A DNA stretch of 63,787 bases, counting the filler, from Welwitschia mirabilis (taxonomy: Eukaryota), in assembly GCA_051453625.1 (NCBI GenBank). It is 5 parts of one record of this genome, joined end to end, with 100 filler letters (N's around TTAATTAATTAA, not from the genome) between each part and the next. Parts side by side here need not be neighbours in the genome. Positions count along the whole stretch, not along the records: positions 1 to 14,866 come from JBOZIK010000001.1; positions 14,967 to 30,978 come from JBOZIK010000001.1; 3 more parts are not named here. One strand, 5' to 3'. Each line of letters opens with the position of its first letter. Within the stretch, counting starts at the first letter, position 1. Positions 12,067 to 23,499 of this stretch are shown in pieces. The translations under genes and the position numbers were made by a program. The notes beneath the pieces are model-generated. The model ran no database searches and was not told the DNA's origin. It worked only from the letters and a program-made list of their open reading frames with translations.

Positions 12067-12919
12067 ATCTTAAACAACATAAACTATGAGAGATAAGTTT
12101 CTACAAATATTAAACAAAAAAGGTAATTCATATTAAAAGCATCAAATCATCTGCATTACACAGTAGCCATTTCTCAATGAAGAAAATGCCACCCGACACC
12201 AAGGGAACATCTCTCTATAATCACTAGATGGTTTTCCAGTCCCAAGATCTCCTATCACGAGAATGTCAAGTACTGTTGAAGATGATTAGGGATCATGGGG
12301 GAGATCTTTATTTATAGATAGAAAAGAAACCCTAGCTAACATGCAAAGTAAAGTCACAATAAAGAGGTGACAACTCAGGAATACATTGGGTAAAGTGATA
12401 GAGAACAATATCGTCTTTATGGTCATCCAGATGAAATAGGAGGCAACGAGGATTAATAATGAGATATCTGTTTGGCTTCTAGTTTAACTGCTTGTGAACT
12501 ACATGCAAAGTTCTGTCAACTAGTTTTGGAGATGTCGTCCATTGTTGTTATCTGGACGAGAGGGTGGATGATGATGTTTGATAGGTAAATCTTCAGTTCA
12601 ACTAGAAGTTATCTCAAAAGAACTTTTTTATATGCTCAATTGAGTTGTCGTCCTGACTGTCATGTGGATGACAGGAGGGACGATAGTCTTTTCTCGATCT
12701 TGAGTCAGTGTGATTGCTTTGTCTTTTGCAAGAATTATTATCCAAAATGATACTTATCTGAATCTACATGAATTTCTTGTGAATTATCTAATAATTACAT
12801 GTTTTCAACTTTTGCTCCTTGATTCTTGAATTTCATAAGAACTAAGCAATTATCTATTAATTCATTTACAAAACAAGTCAAAATACCCCATCAAATACAA
12901 ATAAGTTGGCATCGCAATA
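12067..12919 (-). repeat. Second LTR of the A family (truncated by a gap), inserted into the 3' region of a B-type element
   Basis: Aligns with about 10940-11811. Terminus TTGGCATCGCAATA ends at 12919 and directly abuts the conserved 3'-UTR block at 12920-12989. Confidence 0.85.
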
Positions 12920-14866
12920 GCATGGCCAACTAATCCCCCAATGAAGTTCCCACAGCTACTATATCACACTATCAAAGATCCCTCTCAGGNNNNNNNNNNN
13001 NNNNNNNNNNNNNNNNNNNNNNNNNNNNNNNNNNNNNNNNNNNNNNNNNNNNNNNNNNNNNNNNNNNNNNNNNNNNNNNNNNNNNNNNNNNNNNNNNNNN
13101 NNNNNNNNNNNNNNNNNNNNNNNNNNNNNNNNNNNNNNNNNNNNNNNNNNNNNNNNNNNNNNNNNNNNNNNNNNNNNNNNNNNNNNNNNNNNNNNNNNNN
13201 NNNNNNNNNNNNNNNNNNNNNNNNNNNNNNNNNNNNNNNNNNNNNNNNNNNNNNNNNNNNNNNNNNNNNNNNNNNNNNNNNNNNNNNNNNNNNNNNNNNN
13301 NNNNNNNNNNNNNNNNNNNNNNNNNNNNNNNNNNNNNNNNNNNNNNNNNNNNNNNNNNNNNNNNNNNNNNNNNNNNNNNNNNNNNNNNNNNNNNNNNNNN
13401 NNNNNNNNNNNNNNNNNNNNNNNNNNNNNNNNNNNNNNNNNNNNNNNNNNNNNNNNNNNNNNNNNNNNNNNNNNNNNNNNNNNNNNNNNNNNNNNNNNNN
13501 NNNNNNNNNNNNNNNNNNNNNNNNNNNNNNNNNNNNNNNNNNNNNNNNNNNNNNNNNNNNNNNNNNNNNNNNNNNNNNNNNNNNNNNNNNNNNNNNNNNN
13601 NNNNNNNNNNNNNNNNNNNNNNNNNNNNNNNNNNNNNNNNNNNNNNNNNNNNNNNNNNNNNNNNNNNNNNNNNNNNNNNNNNNNNNNNNNNNNNNNNNNN
13701 NNNNNNNNNNNNNNNNNNNNNNNNNNNNNNNNNNNNNNNNNNNNNNNNNNNNNNNNNNNNNNNNNNNNNNNNNNNNNNNNNNNNNNNNNNNNNNNNNNNN
13801 NNNNNNNNNNNNNNNNNNNNNNNNNNNNNNNNNNNNNNNNNNNNNNNNNNNNNNTAACCTTTTATCCATTAACTTCTGAATTTACCAAGTATTTAGATTG
13901 GAAGTTTTCACATAGCCATTTAAAATGTACTTTTTCTAAAAGTAAAAGCCTAATTATTGAGAAGTTCAACTAATTCTGTAAAAAGTGCACTCAGGTATGA
14001 TATTTTTTAGAAAAATAAGGGCCAAACCAAATAGAAACCAATTAATGAAACATAAAGGGTATGCAATCATTTCAGAGTAAAATCAATTGGAGATAGAGAA
14101 GGTAAAATGATAAAACTTTGAGAGCACAAATTTTAAAGTCTAAATAAGAGATAAAGAAGTGATAAATTTCATTGATAATTAATCTCTTATGAAGATAGTA
14201 TAAACTATGAGTATCATTAGATAATTAGTTTAAGGTACTACTCATAGAATGGATCCAAGAAATCTTTAAGGGCTTTTGAGAATGTTTCATAAGATGAAAA
14301 AGCTCCTTAAGATTTAATTGAAAGCATGGATTATCTTCAAAGTGATGGGTGTTATAAGAGTGAAGGAAATGAACATGGCCTTAAGAATTANNNNNNNNNN
14401 ATATCATTAGATAATTCTTTCTAAGTACTACTCAAATAATGGAGACAAAACATCCTAAATGGCTTTTGAGAATGTTTCATGAGATTGAGAAGCTTTTTAA
14501 GATTTAACTCTAAACATGGATTACCATCAAGAAGATAAGGCTTTCCCCAATGTAACATTCCAAGATATCTCAAGTTAAACTTTTGAAAAGAATAAGCATT
14601 AAAAGAAAAAGGTATAGTAGACTTGGTAAAAAAAGGATGAATGTTACTTTGAAGATCATATGAAGGTTTAGAAGGAATAGATTAAGAGACAAAAGAAATA
14701 GACTCTTCAAAGTGATGGATGTTATGAGAGTCAAGGAAAGGAACATGGCCTTGAAAATTATATGAAGGTGTACTTGGAAGAGATGGAGAAAGGTTATTAT
14801 GATTAAGATTATGAGGTAATGTGAAGGTCAAAGTCAAAGTGAAAGGAAGAGTGGAGGAAAGCATGT

Positions 14867-14966
14867 NNNNNNNNNNNNNNNNNNNNNNNNNNNNNNNNNN
14901 NNNNNNNNNNTTAATTAATTAANNNNNNNNNNNNNNNNNNNNNNNNNNNNNNNNNNNNNNNNNNNN
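14867..14966. other. Artificial scaffold spacer: 44 N + TTAATTAATTAA + 44 N (12-mer also at 31023-31034, 59357-59368, 62524-62535)
   Basis: The same 12-mer, with stops in all six frames, is centred in a 100-base gap four times. Confidence 0.95.
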
Positions 14967-15319
14967 TCTTTTCTTTTTTTTTCTTTTTTTTTTTTTAAGT
15001 ATCATTCCACATGATCAAGTACTTTTAAGGATAAAAGTAAAGGAATGAGATGAGTAACAAAGTAAAGTCCTAAAAAAACAACTAATTTACTTATATCATT
15101 AAAAGATAATAAAAGAACTAAGGCATCTTCCTTCTGGAATGAAGTTCATAGACATACAAATGTTTGAAAATTGGATGAAGATAATTTTATCATTGCAAAT
15201 GCTCAAGTAAAATATTACTAATTATAAAATCTTTATAAGTTAATACAAATGTTAAGTTAAAGATATTCAAGTAATAACATGATGTGTACTTAAGAAATGA
15301 GTTAAGAAAGACTTTAGAT

Positions 15320-18300
15320 AATGGCAAAAGGAAGATCCTCCTCATGAAGAGGGGCTTCCATAATAAGTGCTTCTATCATGTTCAAGATTTTATTAGGAGA
15401 TGACTCATTAAGTTTTACCCTTTGTATATTAACCTTTTGGATTTTCTTAGTATTTAGATCAGAGAATTTTAACTGAGCCATTTGAATGTACTTATTCTAT
15501 AAGTTAAGAACCTATTCATTTAAAAGTTANNNNNNNNNNNNNNNNNNNNNNNNNNNNNNNNNNNNNNNNNNNNNNNNNNNNNNNNNNNNNNNNNNNNNNN
15601 NNNNNNNNNNNNNNNNNNNNNNNNNNNNNTGAGTAGACGAGATAGCATAAATTTTTTTAATTATGAAGAGTTATTCATATGGAAAATAGCCATTAATCAA
15701 AAGTCCATCATGAGAGTAAGAAAGTTAAGATAAATGATTGGCAACAATGTTATGTTTTTTAGCTTTATCAATGATGATAAGAGTAAATTCTTTTATGAGA
15801 AGAATCCATCTAATAAGTCTAGCACTAGAGTATTTTTTTAGTTATAAGATAGAGGATGGTTGTATGATCTATGTAAATATTGATATAAAAGTCAAGAAGA
15901 TAATGTCAAAGATGATTTAGGCAAAAAATAATGGCAAGCATTTTTCTCTCAGTAGTAGTGTAGTTTGATTGGACTGGGAACAAATTTTTACTAAGATAAG
16001 ATATGACTTTGAAACCTTTTTCACATTTTTAGCTAAGAACCCCTCCACAATGATGTTGCTTATATCACACATAAGTTTAAAGTCTTTACTCCAATTGGAA
16101 CCCATCACAATAGGCTCAGAAGCAATGTTTTCTTTGATAGTTTTAAAAGAAAGTTGGCATGAATCATTCCAATTGAATTTAACATGTTTTTCAAGTAAGA
16201 AGTGAAGAGGTTTACAAATTCTAGCATAATCATGAATGAATTGTCAATAAAAACTATAATAACCAAGAAAGGATCTAACTTGTTTGACATTAGTTAGAGG
16301 ACTAAGGTTTTTAATGATATTAACTTTTGTGTGGTTCATCCTAATCCCTTCTTTTGAAATGTGATGACACAAAACAATTCCATGTTTGATAAGGAGAAAA
16401 TTCTTTTCCCAACTTAAATGTAAGCAACTTTCAATACATTGATCTAGGAGTTTTTCTAATCTCTCTATAGTTTATTCAAAAGTATTACCAAAGATGGAGA
16501 AGTCATCCATAAAAAAATTCAATAGAATCTTCTTTCATATAAAAAAAAAATTCTCATCATGGCTTGTTAAAAGGTTTTAGGGGTATTGCAAAGTTCAAAT
16601 GGCATTTTTCTAAAAGTAAAAGGTCCAAATGGTGAGGTGAAAGTGGTTTTACCCTATTCTTTACTTGCTATACAAATTTTATTATAGCCATTATACCCAT
16701 CAAGATAACAATAGTAGGCATAACCTTGGATTCTATCAAGTACTTGATTAAGAAATAATAAAGGGTAATGATCCTTTTTAGTGAATTCTTTTAATTTTCT
16801 AAAGTCAATGCACATTCTCCATTTTCCCTCTTTCTTTGGAACTACTATTAAAGGACCAATCCAATCGCTATCAGATATGGCATATATGATTCCAGAATCT
16901 ATGAGTTTAATGATTTCATCTTTAGTTACTTATTTAAGGACTAGATTGAGTCTTCTTTGGTGCTGTCTAACAAGTTTAGTATTATCCTCAAGGTAAATCT
17001 TATGTTAAACTATGAAAAGAGAACTGGTAGCTAAGCCTTTATGTATCCAAGCAAAGGCATTTTCTTTCAAAATTAAGAATGAGATCAAGTTTGATTCTTA
17101 TTAAGAAGTAAGAAGGTTATTGATTATTAAGGGTTTTGTTTACTATTTAGAGAGAAAAATATATTTTAAACCTTAGAATAATTTCTTAAGTTGAAGGATA
17201 ATATTTTGAGCTATCGTCGCATATGTTGTTGGGATGACAGATGTGGGACAACACTCTACAAAAATGTTTTCTACCAAATAAAACTTTTGAGTTTCTTCCT
17301 AGTCAGTGTATTCTTCATCCTCAAACTTAAGACAGTGTGTTTTAGTGGGATTGTCATACAAAGTTGGTTAATATAGCATGATTAATCTCTCTTCAATTAG
17401 TTAATGTTATAAAAACAAGGTTGGTTTTAGTTAATCTTCAAAGTTAAAATCAATTTCTCTGTCTTTTTCAGTAGCATCAAAAAATCTAATGGTAATTTAT
17501 CTATTTTCAAAATGGTATCTCATCCTTGATTGTGTGTTGATGATACATTAGGCAGTTGCATAAAAAACTCTTTCTAAAAAGAGTGGATATCCTCCATCAT
17601 GTTCTATCTCAATTATGATAACATCTATGGGGTGAAAATCTTTCTTAATTTAGATAACTAGGTCTTTGATAATTCCTAATGGTTTCTTAATTAAGGTATC
17701 AACTAATTCCAAGATGATCGATGTAGGTTCAACTCTGCTCTCTATCCCAAGTATTTTACATATGTGAAGATGAATGATATTTACACTTGCTCCTATGTCA
17801 ATCAAAGCCTTTCAAATTCTTTTCTTTTCTTCTAAGATAACACTTACAATTTCAACCCTAGGATCTTTGAATTTAGGACATTTTGCATGACTAATTTGGA
17901 AATAAATTGGGCAAGAAAAATTTTGCTAGGAATGATACATTTTTCTTTATTCTTACTAAATCTTTGAATAACTTAAAATATTTGTGATTTTCTTGCAAAA
18001 GTTTTCAAAAGAGTAGGTTGATATTAACTTTTTGCATCAAGGTTTTTATGTGTTCATCAAAAGTAGGATTTGTGTTTAATCTATTAAGACAAGGGATGAA
18101 TGGTATCTTTCCTTTATTTTCATTTGAATTATTTTTAATGGAGGCCTTAGTAGATGATGCAGATGGAAGGTTGTAAGAGTCTAATATTTCTATGTCATAT
18201 TCCTCATTTATTTCATTATTTTGTTTAGAATTCGAAACCTCATAGGTAAGAGGTGTTGTATTCTTTTCACTTCTTGTTATTATTTTTAAATTTCTCCTAA

Positions 18301-19800
18301 CTTTATTTGGATTGATCATTGGTTGAGCTGCAAGAGACCCTTATGATCTTTAGTTGGTAATGATTATTTATTAAAGCACATTTACTAGGTTCTTAATGTT
18401 GCTATTAGTTTTCTCCTACACTTTTCTCATCTCTTCTATGGATTCTCTAAGGGAATCATTCAAATTTTGTTGAAAATTTGATTGAAAGCTGGAATTCTTG
18501 AATCTATTTTAAAATGGTTTCCATTAAGATTACCCACCTAATCATTATTGGAATTGTAATTGGTTTTTAAAGTTATATTCTCTTTAATTAAAGCCACACA
18601 CTTCCTCAAACATCTTCTCCTTATAAGTTGGTAACAAAGGACTTTTTTTTGTTAGATGAGAGTCATCCTCACAAAGTTCATAATTTGAAGTTAAGATTTT
18701 ATTTTTTACTACTTTTACATCAACTATCATTTGGGCATATTTCTTTAGAGTAGTAGTAAAATCTTTTACTAGGTTTGCTTAATCCTCTCTTTCTTCTTCC
18801 TTGTTATGCTTTACTTCTTTTAAATATTTTATAATTTATCCTATAGTGTGATTGTCTTTAGTGGGTTTAGGTCAAGTTTGACTTATTTCTACCAAATTTT
18901 CTAGCATAATCCAAACATCATCTAGGTCTAAATTCAATAAGTTACCTTCATAATAAAAATCTACAAGTTGTTTTATTAAAGCATTCAATCCATTATAAAA
19001 ATAATCTACTAGCTCTTATTTACGAAATTTGTCAATAGGGTTGGAACGGCTAGTGATTATAAACTATTCATAAGTTATTGCATAATCCTCATGATTTTGT
19101 TATTTAAAGTTGGTTACTTCTTTTCTTCTCTTTCTCATAGAACTCTCACTTAGAAATTTTTTAATAAATAATTCTTGCACTTGACTCCAAGATTTAAGAC
19201 TTTTATATGGGATGGTTTTGAGCCAAACTTTTGCTCTTCCTCTAAGTGTAACTGGAAAGATAATTATGTAAGTATAGTCACTAATACATTTTTTTTCCAT
19301 TTTCTGAGATAAGTATAATTTGTTTAATGTTAGCTAAATGTTGCAAAAGATCTTCCTATGGTTTCCCCTAAAAAATTTGGATAAGCATTTAAATTTCTTA
19401 ATTCTACATTATCTCCACGAGGTAAATCAAAAGAATTTGAATTTCATGTTTTCTATTGGTAATTAAATCCCTAAGAGTAATGTTTACATTCAAGGAAGAA
19501 GTTCCTATTATGATTGGGGTATTAAATAAAGCAAATTACTTTTGCTTTTGCGACTCTTTCAATACATTTGTCGTATTCGAAGAAACAATATGATTAACTC
19601 CTACACTACAATTTTCTTTTGCAAAATCTAATTTTGAAATAATAAAAGCAAAAAAATGTTATTCTTCAATTCTAGAAATTTGCATACCTGGGGTATGCAT
19701 ACCTAGATTTAGCTCAAAATCAAATAATCGTTCTCTAATGTTTTCTTCAATCAAGTTCCATTCTCTCTAATATTTTTTCTTCTTATCAAAATTCACCATA
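15320..19800 (-). pseudogene. gag-pol remnant of B
   Basis: Protease LIDIGASVNII, RT YCYLDGYNGYN and FMDDFSIFG (about 16490-16515), RNase H; many stops. Most of integrase is missing at the 15530-15629 gap. Confidence 0.9.
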
Positions 19801-20336
19801 TCCCTGCATGCTCAAACAGTTAATAAAAATTTAGAATTAAAAATAGCAGATCATCATTTACTTTATTATGGGGATGATAAGAAGGATAATGACTACACTA
19901 ACGAAAATTTGAAACTACAAAAATTCTGATAGAAAGAACTAGACTGTTGTCCAGGATGTTGCGGGGATGACAAAAAGAACGAGAGTTAATTTATTTTATG
20001 GAAAACAAAATATCAAAAATGCAAAAAGTTTCAGCACTACCATCCTTCTTGTCATGGGAATGTTAGACAAAATAATAGTTTATTATAAAGAAAAATAGAG
20101 AAAAATTTCAAAAAATAGAAACTAATTTTAAAATATTAAACTATTGTGTCCTATGTAATTAGGATGACAAACAAAACAATAATATTCCTACGAAAAATTA
20201 TGGAAAATAAAGTTTGTAAAAATAAATCTACTTTAACCTAAGCTAAAAAATATAGCACTAATTTAAATAAATAACCTGAAAAGAAGATTCAAGGTACTTA
20301 TCTGGTTAGTGATAATTCTCCTAGTTCCTTACAGCC

Positions 20337-20358
20337 CTCCCTAGTAGTAGCACCCAAA
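20337..20358 (-). promoter_or_regulatory. Primer-binding site (decayed tRNA-Asp type)
   Basis: Minus strand ...CACTGCAACA|TTTGGGTGCTACTACTAGGGAG directly after the LTR end. Confidence 0.65.
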
Positions 20359-22227
20359 TGTTGCAGTGTGAATTTATGCAATCCTAAAGATTCTTTAGGT
20401 AAATCTGTAAATCAAATAACTTGCATAAAAAGACATGCTACTATATACAGGAGTTTTTCTGAATGTTGTAATCCCAATGAAGGCACTAGGCTCAGAGTTA
20501 AAGAATTTATTCCTAAAGTATTTTTAGTCTTTTATCTTTTACTAACTAAAATTAAGTAAACAAGTAAATGCAATGCAAGTGAATGGAGATGAAATGCAAG
20601 TGAATGGAAGTAGAAATAANNNNNNNNNNNNNNNNNNNNNNNNNNNNNNNNNNNNNNNNNNNNNNNNNNNNNNNNNNNNNNNNNNNNNNNNNNNNNNNNN
20701 NNNNNNNNNNNNNNNNNNNNNNNNNNNNNNNNNNNNNNNNNNNNNNNNNNNNNNNNNNNNNNNNNNNNNNNNNNNNNNNNNNNNNNNNNNNNNNNNNNNN
20801 NNNNNNNNNNNNNNNNNNNNNNNNNNNNNNNNNNNNNNNNNNNNNNNNNNNNNNNNNNNNNNNNNNNNNNNNNNNNNNNNNNNNNNNNNNNNNNNNNNNN
20901 NNNNNNNNNNNNNNNNNNNNNNNNNNNNNNNNNNNNNNNNNNNNNNNNNNNNNNNNNNNNNNNNNNNNNNNNNNNNNNNNNNNNNNNNNNNNNNNNNNNN
21001 NNNNNNNNNNNNNNNNNNNNNNNNNNNNNNNNNNNNNNNNNNNNNNNNNNNNNNNNNNNNNNNNNNNNNNNNNNNNNNNNNNNNNNNAAGTGAATGGAAG
21101 TAGAAATAAAATAGATTCTCTTAGTTTCTAATCCTTCTATCATAAGGACTGGCTTTTAGTCTTTCTGTCACAAAGATATCTTTTTTATAATTCATATCAA
21201 TTAAGAAGAGCATTCAACTAATCCTTAACCAACATAAATTATGAGATCTACTAACTAGAATATGCAATACACAATATGGAATTGAAATGCAAATCTAAAT
21301 TAACCAAGATTTAACCTTAACAAAGGTTGTCCTCATGATCTAAATAAATCATAGAACTATCACTTACTATGACAAACTTAAACTATAAGGGACATTTACA
21401 GAATTGGAGTGAAAAGATCAATTATATTAACTCAAAGGACTTTACATTCACTTACAATAGAATAACAACACCTCAATGTAAGAAACTCAGTCTAACACCA
21501 AGAAAACCCCTTTCTGTAGCTATTAGATAGATATCTTATTCTTTAATATTCTATTACAAGCATATCAAGTATAAAATATGGCTTAGAAATGAAGGAGGAG
21601 AAGGGTATTTATAGTTTTTCATTTGAAGTTCTAAAAGGCAAAATCCTAAAGATGGGAAACAAAAACCCTAACAACCCATATGGGTTGCTTAATTTCATTT
21701 ACAAGGATATTTCTTCTGAACATGTGTTATTGTCTTGACTATCATGGGGATGACATATGGAATGACATAATTTGCACTACCTCCATATGCCTCATGTAAT
21801 GTTGTCAGCCCCACAGCTTTTCTATACATGGTATTGATCTCGTCATCCTACATGTTATGGAGATGACATAGGGAATAACACCATGTCACATATCTCCATG
21901 TATTCCATGCATTACTGTNNNNNNNNNNNNNNNTATCCATGTCAGTAGTGTCATCATCCTGCCTGTTATGGGGACAACAAATGGGACAATGGTTTTTCTT
22001 TTTTCCAATCTCTAAGGTAGGTCAGTCTTTTACATTATAAAGTTCCTCTTCCAAATACTCAGTATAGAATAGGCTTGAGAAACTACTAAAAATGCTAGGA
22101 ATAACATATTTTACTGTCCATCCTATCATATCTCCATAGTCATTAATATTACATCAAAACCTATGTGAATGTCCTATAAAATTACTCGAAGTACACCATA
22201 AAATTCCTACAAATTGGCATCACAACA
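20359..22227 (-). repeat. 5' LTR of B (contains N gaps)
   Basis: Minus-strand termini TGTTGTGATGCCAA...CACTGCAACA, TATAAATA at 21606-21613 (minus), homologous in reverse to 33937-35226. Confidence 0.88.
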
Positions 22228-23046
22228 ATAATGAAAAGAATTATCTTTGTAATGGGGTCATGTAACGCATTTGAGCTACTAGGGTTTCTTCTCTGACTTC
22301 TAGGGTTGAGATTCTAGAACTTCAATGTAAAACTATAAATACCTTCTATTTCCATCTTTTGCACATAATGTTTTTGTGATAAAAAATTGAAGGATTCATC
22401 CAATAGCTACAGAGAGAAGTCACTTTGGTATTGGGCTAAGTATCCTTCATTGAGGGGCTGCTACTTTATTATAAGAAGATGCAAAAGTTTCATGATTAAT
22501 TCAAATACGCTTTTTACTATAAATGTATTTATGTTCCTTATAGTTTAAGTTAATTATACTTAGTAATAATTTTATAATTTATTTAGATCATAAGGGAAAC
22601 CATCGTTAAGGTTGACTTTGTTAGTTTAGGGTTTTACTACATTTCTTTATTTCATTTCATATTTGTATTTCATATTCTATTTGGCATATCTCATAGTTCG
22701 CACTGGTTAGGAATAAGTGATGAACTCTTCATAATTGATCTAAAATATAGAGAGTTGATTCTTGTGATAAGAGAATTAGGATCCAAGTAGGAATCATCTC
22801 CTTCACATTATATCTTCATTCATCATTACATTGTATTTTCATATTTATTTACTTTTATTTATTAAAAAGATAAAATACTAAAAATACTTTGTGAAATCAA
22901 TTCTCTAACTCTAAACCTAGTGCCTTCAATAGGTTACAACGTTTAGGTTGAGTCCCATCTATATTAGTATGTGTTTTTCGGCAAGTATTATGATTTATAA
23001 GTTTTACCTAAAGGACTTGAGAATTGCATAAATTCACACAATAACA
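22228..23046 (+). repeat. 5' LTR of element C; its 5' part is missing and B's LTR abuts it
   Basis: Aligns with about 34340-35226. TATAAATA at 22334-22341. Ends ...CACACAATAACA, followed by the PBS. Confidence 0.85.
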
Positions 23047-23068
23047 TTTTGACGCTATTGCCAGAAAA
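23047..23068 (+). promoter_or_regulatory. Primer-binding site, tRNA-Asp type (decayed)
   Basis: TTTTGACGCTATTGCCAGAAA versus TTTGGCGCCGTTGCCGGGGA. Confidence 0.8.
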
Positions 23069-23499
23069 GAACACAAGGAGCTAGATGATGGTCACTATCG
23101 AGATAACCTCAAAATTCTATTTAGGTTATTTATTTAAAATGGTGCTATGTTTTTTGCATAGATTTAGTAGGTTTATTTCAGTAATTTCCCTTTTCCATAG
23201 TTTTTAGAATCTCTGTAATCTCTTTATTATCCCAATGAACTAGGAATAATAGTTCTAAATTTTTTAGTCTAATTTATTTTTTGAAAACTTTCTTTCTAGT
23301 TTAGATCAGTAATAAAAATACTATTATCTTACTTATCGTCCTCACAACATTTTAGACTATACTCTAAATTTTTATTTTTAGCAATTTTTATTTAAATTTT
23401 TATCTATGATTGTCCTTCTTCCTATCATCACCATGAATAGGTGGATGATAATCTGTTGTTTTTTATTTTGGTTTTTATTTACTGTATGAGCATGCAAAG

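Larger units (their letters stand above)
12920..22227 (-). mobile_element. Degenerate Athila-type element B (5' LTR, PBS, gag-pol, part of the 3' region); interrupted by gaps, and 13855-14866 may be unrelated
   Basis: LTR 20359-22227, PBS 20337-20358, gag (ORF 19100..19300 IIFPVTLRGRAKVWL), PR about 17500-17870, RT about 16200-17050, RNase H (15917..16108 FKLMCDISN), integrase end about 15320-15529. Confidence 0.85.

Noticed and set aside
10585..12919. Hammerhead ribozyme (retrozyme) or 5S-like (Cassandra) module in the LTRs
   Set aside because: No CTGANGA...GAAA core with flanking stems and no 5S box motifs seen by eye. An Infernal scan would be the definitive test.
14911..14922. Palindromic TTAATTAATTAA repeated four times (also 31023, 59357, 62524)
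   Set aside because: Always centred in a 100-base N gap; an artificial six-frame-stop linker, not biological.
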